DNA of 36,382 bases. It comes from a virus. Taxonomy: Duplodnaviria > Caudoviricetes. The notes under the pieces were generated by a model. It had not been told where the DNA came from. It worked only from the letters and a program-made list of their open reading frames with translations, and did not search any database. Shown piece after piece: positions 1 through 7,741 of this stretch. Where the stretch lies: IMG/VR virus record IMGVR_UViG_3300043391_000280, positions 1 to 36,382 of that record. One strand, given 5' to 3'. The number at the start of each line of letters is the position of its first letter. Positions within the stretch are counted from its first letter, which is position 1. The position numbers were made by a program, and so were the translations under genes.

Positions 1-17
1 TATCCGCGCACATACGT

Positions 18-143
18 CGCAACTGTGCCAGCACAAACCCGGTGTCACTATGGCGCTTGGCGAGCGTGGCGACGTATGTGCGCGGATAGCCCAGCGGGTG
101 ATTATTAAAATTCATGCCACCACCTTGCAGAATTGGCTTGTGC
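18..143. repeat. 126-bp terminal direct repeat, left copy (circular assembly overlap)
   Basis: cgcaactgtgccag...gaattggcttgtgc at 18-143 is identical to 36257-36382; ORF 112-396 couples (ATGA) to the DnaA_C-like gene start across the junction. Confidence 0.95.
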
Positions 144-396
144 AGCCCTTGGCCACGCGGTGTTCGCATTGATCGCACCAGACCATGCCGACAAGTTCAT
201 CCTTGGGTTGCGCCAGCTGGACTGGCTGGGCCGCGATAGGCTTGCCGCGCGTTGGCACCACACGCACCGGCACCACGCGGGCGATCAGTTCGAGCACCAG
301 CTTGGCCGCACCGGGCCGCTTGTCGTACCGTAGCGTGTCGGCCAGAACATGCGCGTTGGCGATTAGGTCGGGCAGGGATAGTTCGTGAGGTTTCAA
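112..396 (-). CDS. hypothetical phage protein, 94 aa, C-terminal CxxC...C...C
   Basis: TTG start after GGAGGTG RBS; stop overlaps the ATG of the next gene (copy at 36354). Confidence 0.7.
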   Translation of the reverse strand: MKPHELSLPDLIANAHVLADTLRYDKRPGAAKLVLELIARVVPVRVVPTRGKPIAAQPVQLAQPKDELVGMVWCDQCEHRVAKGCTSQFCKVVA

Positions 397-545
397 CGTT
401 GCACCTCCTGATAAGCGAACCGGCGCGTTTTGCGCTCGCGTAGGCGTGTGTTGAGTTCTGGCTCACCTTGCGGGAGCCATGACGGACGGACGCGCTCACG
501 GGCGCTCTGTGGGAGGATGGCAATAAGAATGGCGTGCAATGTCAT
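393..545 (-). CDS. small hypothetical protein, 50 aa (MTLHAILIAILPQS...)
   Basis: Translated by eye; AGGA RBS, stop overlaps start of 112-396. Confidence 0.5.
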   Translation of the reverse strand: MTLHAILIAILPQSARERVRPSWLPQGEPELNTRLRERKTRRFAYQEVQR

Positions 546-553
546 GGTCTATC

Positions 554-1495
554 CTAAAAAGGTCCGGTGGAGCGAGCACAAGGCCCAGCATCCACCGGAC
601 AGCCATCCGCAACGGGCGGGAGAGTGACACCCGCGCGGGAATTGATGGCAGCAAGGATTGCGTTGCCGATCAGTTCGGGAATTTGGGGAACTACGGCGTT
701 TCCGAGCCCTGCAAGTCTGTGTGCCCGATCGGGAACCCCATCAGCCACTCGACAAACGGCGGGTTCAACTTGCCACCATCCATTGCCATCACTGCATGGT
801 CCAAGCGGTCTGCTGAACGATCCCGCCCATTCTTGCGCGTCAAGGACGCAGGGCTTGACCCCTTGCTCATGGAAGTTGTTGGTGTCGGCCAAAATCGAAC
901 CATCGTCACAAGGCTGTAGATCTTCCCCGCTGCGATAAATGCATTCGAGTTGGGCATCATTGTTTTCCGCGGGGTAGGCCACAATCCAGACGCGCTCTCT
1001 GCGATGGGGAGCGCCCAAGGCCGCCGCTGGTATGTTTTCCCACTCTGCATCATACCTGAGGCAGGCCAAGTCTGCGAGAACTCGGCCAAACCATCGCCCT
1101 GGTTGCTCGCTAGGGCCACTAAGCAGCCCTGCGACGTTCTCCATGATAATGAACTTGGGTCTAAGGTCGCCAGCAAGTCGCAAGACCTCGGCATAAAGGC
1201 CGCTGCGTGTTCCCTCACCAATGCCAGCGCGTCTGCCCGCGCTGCTAAGGTCTTGGCATGGGAATCCTCCGGTGATGACATCAACGCCAGCAATTCCATC
1301 GGCAGCAAGTCGTTCTGCGGTAAGTTCTCGTACGTCTCGGTAACAAGGGACGTTGGGCCAGTGCTTTGCAAGGACACGACGGGGAAACTCCTCAATTTCA
1401 CAGAAGGCAACGGTTTCAAAACCGCCAGTACGTTCAAGGCCAAGCGAGAATCCGCCGATGCCAGAAAACAGATCGAGGACGCGCAGCTTATCCAT
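554..1495 (-). CDS. DNA (cytosine-5)-methyltransferase, large (alpha) chain
   Basis: Motifs I FSGIGG, IV GGFPCQ, VI ENV, VIII RRERVWIVA, X GLGNAVVPQ; no motif IX in this frame. Confidence 0.93.
   Translation of the reverse strand: MDKLRVLDLFSGIGGFSLGLERTGGFETVAFCEIEEFPRRVLAKHWPNVPCYRDVRELTAERLAADGIAGVDVITGGFPCQDLSSAGRRAGIGEGTRSGLYAEVLRLAGDLRPKFIIMENVAGLLSGPSEQPGRWFGRVLADLACLRYDAEWENIPAAALGAPHRRERVWIVAYPAENNDAQLECIYRSGEDLQPCDDGSILADTNNFHEQGVKPCVLDAQEWAGSFSRPLGPCSDGNGWWQVEPAVCRVADGVPDRAHRLAGLGNAVVPQIPELIGNAILAAINSRAGVTLPPVADGCPVDAGPCARSTGPF
556..600 (-). terminator. intrinsic terminator-like hairpin at end of MTase ORF
   Basis: GTCCGGTGGA...TCCACCGGAC 10-bp stem followed by CTTTTT on minus strand. 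Confidence 0.55.
691..1299 (-). CDS. overlapping-frame small (beta) chain of the C5-MTase; start uncertain (ATG 1299 or 1281)
   Basis: Frame open 1539-691, ends KLNPPFVEWLMGFPIGHTDL (motif IX-like), two WPTP repeats. Confidence 0.75.
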   Translation of the reverse strand: MELLALMSSPEDSHAKTLAARADALALVREHAAAFMPRSCDLLATLDPSSLSWRTSQGCLVALASNQGDGLAEFSQTWPASGMMQSGKTYQRRPWALPIAESASGLWPTPRKTMMPNSNAFIAAGKIYSLVTMVRFWPTPTTSMSKGSSPASLTRKNGRDRSADRLDHAVMAMDGGKLNPPFVEWLMGFPIGHTDLQGSETP

Positions 1496-1732
1496 TCAAG
1501 CCGCTCCCACTTGGTCAGCAGCCCGCACGAAAGGCGCAAGCATATCCTCGCCCGCCTGATTGAGCCGAAAGATCATCTCGCCAGCGCCGCCAGTCTCGAC
1601 AGTGCCCCAGCCTTTGCGCTCGAGCGCGCGTGCAGCATGTTTCGCCACAGCGCCGCGCAGGATCAGCGGGTAAGACCGCGCGCCCCATGCAACGGAGAAC
1701 TGGTTGTCGGTGAGGTTAGCGGCGTTCACCAC
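1496..1732 (-). CDS. hypothetical protein, 78 aa (possible winged helix)
   Basis: Abuts MTase start; ARALERKGWGTV...FRLNQAG pattern. Confidence 0.65.
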   Translation of the reverse strand: MVNAANLTDNQFSVAWGARSYPLILRGAVAKHAARALERKGWGTVETGGAGEMIFRLNQAGEDMLAPFVRAADQVGAA

Positions 1733-1830
1733 TCACCCCGATCCAGATCGTGCAGCACATTGCCCAGCGCAGTGCCGAGCGCAACAGACAGCGCCAGCCA
1801 AAGCGCGGCGATAGTGAGGATGGTGGTCAT
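1726..1830 (-). CDS. small membrane peptide, 34 aa (MTTILTIAALWLALSVALGTALG...)
   Basis: ATGA-coupled to cro-like gene; one hydrophobic helix. Confidence 0.55.
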   Translation of the reverse strand: MTTILTIAALWLALSVALGTALGNVLHDLDRGEW

Positions 1831-2045
1831 GCGGCGCTCGCAGAAACAGGATGCACCCATTCAACCGCCTTAATTATGCCGCCGGTTTCGCGCTCAATCA
1901 AAGCGGCCAATTGCAGCGTCGGCGTTGCAGTGCCTCGCAAAATGCGGTTAAAGTTGCCGCGATCATAACCGCAGCGGTCGGCAAGCGCGGACTGGCGGAC
2001 GCTGTTAGCATCAAGCCAGTCTTGAAGGCGTATGTGTGTTTCCAT
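1827..2045 (-). CDS. Cro-like HTH regulator, 72 aa
   Basis: LQDWLDANSVRQSALADRCGYDRGNFNRILRG...PTLQLAALIERETGG; first gene of the divergent operon. Confidence 0.85.
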   Translation of the reverse strand: METHIRLQDWLDANSVRQSALADRCGYDRGNFNRILRGTATPTLQLAALIERETGGIIKAVEWVHPVSASAA

Positions 2046-2201
2046 GCCGCTATTGGTAACGCGCACAATACGAGCTTGGCAAGCCTTTTTGTAAGGCGCG
2101 CAAAATAAATTTGTATCGCACGCAAATTCCTATTGACGGGGAAGCGTTGCGGCTCTTACAACAAACTTATCAGCAGCACACCGCTGCTCGGAGATAGGCA
2201 C
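2046..2201. promoter_or_regulatory. divergent early promoter region
   Basis: AT-rich gap between divergent genes; plus TTGACG(2133)-N18-TACAAC; minus TTGCCA-N18-TACCAA just before the cro-like ATG with no SD. Confidence 0.55.
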
Positions 2202-2486
2202 ATGGCAAACATCACAATCGAAGGCGCGGAACAAGAAGTCCGCTGCGACTGCTGCAACCGCCGCCTGAAAGTTGGCATTCGCACCAGCGCACTTGGAACA
2301 ATCGGCGCTGATTGCCTGCGCGCTGCGATGGTTTCGGACCGCAAGCGTTTCTCGCAGGGCAAGCCCGACGCTAGTTTCCTTCGCGAACTTGCTGTCATGC
2401 GTGAAACCAAAACCGCCGAGTACATCAGCATACGCCGTGGCATTCCAGCCTCGATGTTTAGCTTTGAATTGGCGGTGGCAGCATGA
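2202..2486 (+). CDS. hypothetical protein, 94 aa, CxCC...C possible Zn-binding
   Basis: GGAGATAGG RBS; CDCCNRRLK...GADC; ATGA-coupled downstream. Confidence 0.75.
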   Translation: MANITIEGAEQEVRCDCCNRRLKVGIRTSALGTIGADCLRAAMVSDRKRFSQGKPDASFLRELAVMRETKTAEYISIRRGIPASMFSFELAVAA

Positions 2487-2785
2487 TCCCCGCCACATTC
2501 CGCGCCGCCTTTGCCGCGCTTGAGCCGCAGGACGTTCTAACCGTCCTCTCATGGATACTGGAACCTGGTCAGGGCGATCCATCGCCGGAAATGCCCGACG
2601 CATGGCTCGATGCCATACTGCCGCTCACGAAGGCTTATCAGGCCGCATACAGCGCGATGGAATACAGCGTTGATGCGGATGGTTCGGAGTTCTGGGGTGA
2701 TGACCGCTGGGCCGACGAAGCTGATTACCGATACAACTGCGCCCGCGATGACGCGATGGTTGCTGAGTGGGATCGCGCGGCATGA
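2483..2785 (+). CDS. hypothetical acidic protein, 100 aa
   Basis: ATGA-coupled on both sides. Confidence 0.7.
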   Translation: MIPATFRAAFAALEPQDVLTVLSWILEPGQGDPSPEMPDAWLDAILPLTKAYQAAYSAMEYSVDADGSEFWGDDRWADEADYRYNCARDDAMVAEWDRAA

Positions 2786-2955
2786 CCCCCACCACCACCG
2801 ACGCCGTTCAAGAGCCATCCTACACGCTGGAGCGCGACATCGCCCGCGCACGCCGCGAAATGGGCGAATCCAGATGGCAGCAGCTTTGCGCCGAATGGGA
2901 AGGCACACAGCCGGTTAGCTGGGCCACCCGCACGCAATCGGAAGGGGTGCGCTGA
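2782..2955 (+). CDS. hypothetical protein, 57 aa
   Basis: ATGA-coupled; IARARREMGESRWQQLCAEWE. Confidence 0.65.
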   Translation: MTPTTTDAVQEPSYTLERDIARARREMGESRWQQLCAEWEGTQPVSWATRTQSEGVR

Positions 2956-2956
2956 G

Positions 2957-3166
2957 ATGAAATGCACCGACGAAGCCTTGCGCGCGAAGGTTGCCCGCTG
3001 GGACGCCCCGTGGACGCATTATGCCCGCCTGCACGTTGAACTGCACCGCCTGCAAGGCACGGCCCCCACAAGCCCCGCCTGGTCGTATGCGACAGGGTTT
3101 GGTGCAACCGTGCTGGCGTGTGTGCTGATCCCGTTTGTTGTTACCGCGATAAGGGCATTTTTCTAA
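2957..3166 (+). CDS. small membrane protein, 69 aa
   Basis: C-terminal hydrophobic helix; operon packing. Confidence 0.6.
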   Translation: MKCTDEALRAKVARWDAPWTHYARLHVELHRLQGTAPTSPAWSYATGFGATVLACVLIPFVVTAIRAFF

Positions 3167-3288
3167 TGCTGATCCACCACCTGTCAAACCCGCGCGTCAT
3201 GCAGCCGCAACCCGGCCACCGCGCTTGGACAAACCCGCTCACCGGCCAGCGCCGCCCGCCCGTATCACCAAAGGATGCAAAGCCATGA
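3166..3288 (+). CDS. small hypothetical protein, 40 aa (MLIHHLSNPRVMQ...)
   Basis: TAATG and ATGA overlaps fill the gap exactly. Confidence 0.45.
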   Translation: MLIHHLSNPRVMQPQPGHRAWTNPLTGQRRPPVSPKDAKP

Positions 3289-4175
3289 ATGCCATTGCCA
3301 CGATTCCCGCTTTCAGCATGACTGACATCGAGCGTGTCGCGCTTGCCATCGCGAAGGGCGGCTTGTTCGGATCAAAAGACCCTAACGCCGTCTTGACGCT
3401 TTGCCTTTTGGCGCAAGCCGAGGGGCAGCACCCCGCCGTTGTGTTTCGCGATTATCACATCATCAACGGCAAGCCCGCCAAGAAAGCCGAGGCCATGCTG
3501 CGGGATTTTATCGCAAGCGGCGGCAAGGTCGAATGGCACGCGCTGACGGATAACCTAGCAGACGCCACGTTTGCCCATCCCCAGGGCGGCACGATCCGCA
3601 TTGATTGGGATATGAAACGCGCACAGCAGGCAGGCATCAGCACGCCCATGTGGAAGAAATACCCGCGTCAGATGCTCCGCAGCCGGGTTATTAGCGAAGG
3701 CGTTCGTTCGGTTTGCCCAAGCGCGACCAGCGGGCTTTATGAGGTTGGCGAGGTGCAGGACATTGTTGGCGAAGCGCCAAGCAATACGGTTGACGCGCAG
3801 TTTGTTGCACTGCCGTCGCAAGGGCGGGAGGAGGAGACACAGCTTGGCAGCGAGGTTAGCTCCCCTCCCGCTAAAGCGCCTGCATGGCGTGAACCTGAAA
3901 GTCAATACAGCACGCCAAGCAAGCTGTTTTCCGCCAGCACACGGATGGAACGCGAGCTAAACGGCTGCGGCGATAGCGACATGGTTTATGCTTTCACGGC
4001 AACCGATGACTGGAAAGAGTTTGTGCGGATTGCTGAAAAGCACGCGCCGCATTACCTTCACGGAGGCCACCCAGCGCCCGAAGAATACGAGGGCTTGAGC
4101 AATACCGCCGCTCGCCTTGTGCGCGAATTTGACAGCACAGAAGCCACTCAGATCGCCGGTTACGCGGCAGTATAA
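3285..4175 (+). CDS. RecT/Red-beta-like single-strand annealing protein
   Basis: YHIINGKP...WKKYPRQMLRSRVISEGVRSVCP...GLYEVGE signature; next to ssb. Confidence 0.75.
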   Translation: MNAIATIPAFSMTDIERVALAIAKGGLFGSKDPNAVLTLCLLAQAEGQHPAVVFRDYHIINGKPAKKAEAMLRDFIASGGKVEWHALTDNLADATFAHPQGGTIRIDWDMKRAQQAGISTPMWKKYPRQMLRSRVISEGVRSVCPSATSGLYEVGEVQDIVGEAPSNTVDAQFVALPSQGREEETQLGSEVSSPPAKAPAWREPESQYSTPSKLFSASTRMERELNGCGDSDMVYAFTATDDWKEFVRIAEKHAPHYLHGGHPAPEEYEGLSNTAARLVREFDSTEATQIAGYAAV

Positions 4176-4185
4176 GGAACGACAC

Positions 4186-4560
4186 ATGCAGAGCATCACA
4201 ATAGCAGGCCGAATTGGCAAAGACGCCGAAACCCGCCAAGCCGGTAACGACAATGTTACCAGCTTCACCGTTGCCGTTGATCAGCGCAATGGCCGCGAAA
4301 AGGTCACAAACTGGTGGCGCGTGTCGGTCTGGGGCAAGCGTGGTGACGCGCTGGCACAGTATCTCGCCAAAGGCGCTTCCGTGACTGTCGTCGGTGAGTT
4401 CACCCTTGGGGAATATGACGGCAAGCCACAGTTGAATGTGCGCGCCAATGAGATCGCGTTGCAGGGCGGCAAGTCAGACGGCGGGCAGCGTGTGCCTGAT
4501 GGTGGACGCGGGGCACCGCCACCGCGCGATGATCTGGACGGGGATGATGTGCCGTTTTGA
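4186..4560 (+). CDS. ssb: single-stranded DNA-binding protein
   Basis: ITIAGRIGKDAE...VSVWGKRGDALAQYLAKG; acidic DDVPF tail; AAGGA RBS. Confidence 0.95.
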   Translation: MQSITIAGRIGKDAETRQAGNDNVTSFTVAVDQRNGREKVTNWWRVSVWGKRGDALAQYLAKGASVTVVGEFTLGEYDGKPQLNVRANEIALQGGKSDGGQRVPDGGRGAPPPRDDLDGDDVPF

Positions 4561-4622
4561 CCGGCTCGCAGAGGAAAGGAAGGCGGCATGACGATAACAC
4601 TTACAGCAGAGGAGGCAGCATA

Positions 4623-5063
4623 ATGGCAGACGACGAGCCTCTATTGTTTCGCGTTGTGCTTGGCAGTTTGCGCCCGCTCAATGGCGCGTCGTCTGATGCT
4701 CTAAAGGCGCTGGCAGACGGCTCAATGGTCCGCATTGAGATCAAGCAAACGCGCGGCAACTTGAAGCGCATGGCGTTTTACTGGGTCATGCTCAAGATTG
4801 CGCTTGAGAACCTGGGCGATGCCTTTGACGGGCCGGTGACAACCAAGATGCTGCACCGCTGGCTTAAGCGCCGCGCCGGTCATGCCAAGCCGATCATATC
4901 CCGCAAAACAGGCGAGGTTATCGACTACGACTATGACAGCATCGCGTTTCACAACATGCCTGAAAACGAACGGGCCGAGTTTGTGGACTTTGCCAGCCAG
5001 ACGCTTGCCGCTCGATTGGGCTGCGATCCGGCAACGCTAATGAGCGAGGCAAAGGCAGCATGA
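4623..5063 (+). CDS. DUF1367/NinB-like recombination accessory protein
   Basis: VRIEIKQTRGNLKRMAFYW...SIAFHNMPENERAEF; GGAGG RBS. Confidence 0.65.
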   Translation: MADDEPLLFRVVLGSLRPLNGASSDALKALADGSMVRIEIKQTRGNLKRMAFYWVMLKIALENLGDAFDGPVTTKMLHRWLKRRAGHAKPIISRKTGEVIDYDYDSIAFHNMPENERAEFVDFASQTLAARLGCDPATLMSEAKAA

Positions 5064-5115
5064 CTTGCGTTCTGGCATTGAACCCCGCCCCGAGCGCAGA
5101 CCAGTGGGGGGCGGT

Positions 5116-5866
5116 ATGAGCGCCTTGATCTATCACGGCACCCCCATGACTCCCCGCGCTGCTCTTGAAGCCGTAGGACCGGGCCGAGCGTTCTGCGTTT
5201 CGTTTTTCCACCCGCAAGACGTGGAGGTAGTGCAGGCGATCAGTCCTGCTGTGATGTTTCGACAACGGCGCGTTTTCGGAATGGAAAGCCGCCATGAAAC
5301 GCGGCGAGGACTGGTTTATCCGCGAGGACTGGACGCCGTACTACCGCTGGCTGGAACCGCGCTTGTTCCATCCGGGTCGCTGGGCAGTGATCCCCGATGC
5401 GCCAGGTGCGCCGAGCCAGCTCAACGATTCACTCATTCCAGAATGGCCGTTTGGGCAGAAGGGCGCTCCGCTATGGCACATGGACGGGCCGATAGATCGG
5501 CTGCTCAGGCTTTGCGAGCGGTTCGACCGGGTATGCTTGGGATGGACCGGCAAGGGGAAGACACTGGACACGCCGGAATATCACACGCGCATGGAGGAAG
5601 TTGCCGCCGCTTTGGGCAACCAATGGCCGGTCTTGCACATGATGCGCGGGACGGCAGTTGCGCACCTTTACCCTTTCGAAAGCGCGGACAGCACCAGCCT
5701 TGCGCAGAACGGATGGCGATATGACACAGGATTTGACTTTGGCGACCGATGGGCTGGCCGGAGGGCCTATGCCGACGCCTTGACGCGCAGGAGCGCGCGT
5801 GGCGCGAGGACAACCGGAGCGACGCGCTGGACGAGGATCCAGGCAAGACGGAGGCCAACGCTGTAG
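5116..5866 (+). CDS. TGT-fold/DpdA-like DNA base-exchange protein split by a +1 frameshift at 5257-5262 (about 249 aa if joined)
   Basis: Frame 0 IYHGTP...CVSF...VMF joins +1 frame DNGAFSEW...IPD...LWHM...HMMRG...YPFESADSTS. Confidence 0.65.
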
Positions 5867-6132
5867 CCGTCATGGCGACCGATCCGTTCGAGGCGAGCGT
5901 TTTCTCCGACCCGCTTTTCCGGGATCGCGTGTATCTCGCGATTGACGACCTGCCACCGGAACAAAGCAGGACTATGCACCTCCTGCTGCTCGAATGGCCG
6001 ATCCATTCGAACGACCCAGCCGTCATGACGATCGCCAAGGCGCTGGGCTGCTCGGACCGGTCGGTTCGCAATCACCGGGCGCGGGCGCTCAAGACGCTTG
6101 CCGCCCTGTTCAATCTTGGGGACGACCAATGA
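5773..6132 (+). pseudogene. 5'-truncated sigma-70 region-4-like gene fragment
   Basis: AIDDLPPEQSRTMHLL...TIAKALGCSDRSVRNHRARALKTL; no credible start or region 2. Confidence 0.7.
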
Positions 6133-6470
6133 CCATCCGCCCTACGCCAACCGCCCTCGACGACGTGCTCGACCTCTTCCAAATGGAGGACGTCTACGAC
6201 GGCGAGGTTCTCGCCCGCTACGTGGAGGCGCATCCGCAGTTCGCGCTGCAGCTCATCGACCTGTCGAGGCTGCTGGCCACGCCCGAGGCCGACGACGAGG
6301 AGCCCATATCCGCTCTGGAAACGTCGCGCATCGACGCGGCCTGGATCGTCCACAAGGCCGCCGGACCGGAGCTTCCGAAGGGTGCCAACCCGCTCGACGC
6401 GCTCGTCGGCGAACGGGGCAAGGCGCTGGCGGCTACGAATGCGGCTGCGTGTTCTGGTATTCGTGATTGA
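6129..6470 (+). pseudogene. bacterial-type hypothetical protein downstream of the sigma-like fragment, probably 3'-truncated
   Basis: ATGA-coupled; strong C/G third-position bias until ~6432, then abrupt change. Confidence 0.55.
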
Positions 6471-6501
6471 TAAACGGGCGGGGTATCAATCATTTTTCCG
6501 C

Positions 6502-6530
6502 TTGCGCCCATTGTAGGATTATCCTATAAC
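6502..6530 (+). promoter_or_regulatory. sigma70-like promoter with palindromic operator (cassette 1)
   Basis: TTGCGC-N17-TATAAC; TTGTAGGAT-T-ATCCTATAA inverted repeat at 6511-6529. Confidence 0.7.
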
Positions 6531-6569
6531 CACACATGGGGATTGACCCCGCCGATAGGAGAATGTGAG

Positions 6570-6830
6570 ATGGACAAGGCAACCTTTTACAAGTCAATGA
6601 CAGACCACCAAATCAAGTGCAGCGGCACTAGCTGGTTTAGTTTGCCAGTTGTGCTTGAGGCTTCGGACAACAAATATATTTCCTATCCGTCTGTCGGTGT
6701 GATCCGGTTCGCTGAACAGGCAACCGACCTGAATATCACAAATGCTATTTTTCACCAGATGGCCTTTGACGGCCAGCTTGGAGCACCTGTGAGCGTCAAA
6801 AACCCGAAGTTCCGATATGACCCCCGCTGA
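6570..6830 (+). CDS. hypothetical protein, 86 aa (cassette 1 cargo)
   Basis: AGGAG RBS; visibly more AT-rich than flanks. Confidence 0.7.
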   Translation: MDKATFYKSMTDHQIKCSGTSWFSLPVVLEASDNKYISYPSVGVIRFAEQATDLNITNAIFHQMAFDGQLGAPVSVKNPKFRYDPR

Positions 6831-6999
6831 TCTCCGCGCAGCCCGTAAGACCATCGGCCTTTCCCAGCACGGATTGGCCGAGGTTTTGCGCATGGGCGCA
6901 TCAGGTTGGCAGTCGGTTGGTCGTTGGGAAAAGGACGGCAACACGATTCCCGGCCCCGTGCAAGTCGCTGTGCAATGCTTGCTTGAGCACGGGCGCTAA
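6817..6999 (+). CDS. small XRE-family HTH protein
   Basis: MTPADLRAARKTIGLSQHGLAEVL...VGRWEKDG..IPGP. Confidence 0.85.
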   Translation: MTPADLRAARKTIGLSQHGLAEVLRMGASGWQSVGRWEKDGNTIPGPVQVAVQCLLEHGR

Positions 7000-7087
7000 T
7001 CACCCATCCTCTCCGGCCCCATCCAGCACCGGCAATTCGCGCTCAAGCTGGCGCTGCGTTTCGTATTCATCGGCGGCGCGTTTGGCA

Positions 7088-7627
7088 TCAGCGCCGAGCC
7101 AGTGGAGCAAGGTGGTACTTCGCAACAAATTCTTCTGGGAGTTTGTTTCTTTTCCGCCGGTTGCATGGGGCGCAGGAGATAACGAGGTTTTCCAGTTCAT
7201 GTTTCCCGCCTTTTGAGATTGGTACAACGTGATCAATGTCGAATTTTTCTGCGCAATTGACGCCGCACCAGTGGCAAATCTTCGGTTGGCTTGAACCCCA
7301 TTGATAAAATTCGCTTGCCGTCAATGTGCAATTAGTAACACGGGTTTTACTGGCCTGATGGCGGCACCAAAGATTGTGCTTTTCTTTATTACGCTCTTGG
7401 TAAAGGCGCGCATTTTTAAGATACAATGCTCTGCGCTGCCGATAGTCCTCACGCCACGCAGCCTTGCGGGCCTCAGGGTCTGCGTTCCGTTTTGCTTTTT
7501 TGCGTTTGTTCATGCATTGCTTGCATTGCGTGCAAAGCCCGTGCGGCGCTCTAACGTCGCGGTAATAATCTGATGCAGCCTTATCTAGACCGCAGATCGT
7601 GCATAGCTTATGGTCAGCACATGCCAT
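7088..7627 (-). CDS. HNH endonuclease with N-terminal Zn-finger
   Basis: CTIC...CKQC; CHWC...IDHVVPISKGGKHELENLVISCAPCNRRK; AAGGAG RBS. Confidence 0.92.
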   Translation of the reverse strand: MACADHKLCTICGLDKAASDYYRDVRAPHGLCTQCKQCMNKRKKAKRNADPEARKAAWREDYRQRRALYLKNARLYQERNKEKHNLWCRHQASKTRVTNCTLTASEFYQWGSSQPKICHWCGVNCAEKFDIDHVVPISKGGKHELENLVISCAPCNRRKRNKLPEEFVAKYHLAPLARR

Positions 7628-7629
7628 TT

Positions 7630-7720
7630 GAACGCTCCTTGTTCGTGTGGTTAGGGCCGGGCGCTGTTGACGCAGCGTTTCCGGCCCGTTTCTTATAACA
7701 GATTCACTATTTGTTCGCAA
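7630..7720 (-). promoter_or_regulatory. HNH promoter and structured leader
   Basis: TTGCGA-N17-TATAAG; GGGCCGG/CCGGCCC hairpin at 7654-7687; GAAC-AAGGAGC-GTTC around the RBS. Confidence 0.65.
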
Positions 7721-7741
7721 CATTTGTCGCGTCGCGTGTGC

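Noticed and set aside
1-88. Bases 1-20 are the exact reverse complement of 69-88 (possible hairpin telomere or invertible end)
   Set aside because: The copy at 36240-36256 has a different, ORF-consistent sequence and no protelomerase or invertase is present; most likely a fold-back chimeric read at the contig end
950-1873. 307-aa plus-strand ORF opposite the MTase
   Set aside because: Antisense shadow with no motifs or RBS
5260-5724. Frame-0 continuation of the TGT-like gene as a functional protein
   Set aside because: Arg/Ala/Gly-rich with no motifs, while the +1 frame carries the conserved-looking motifs
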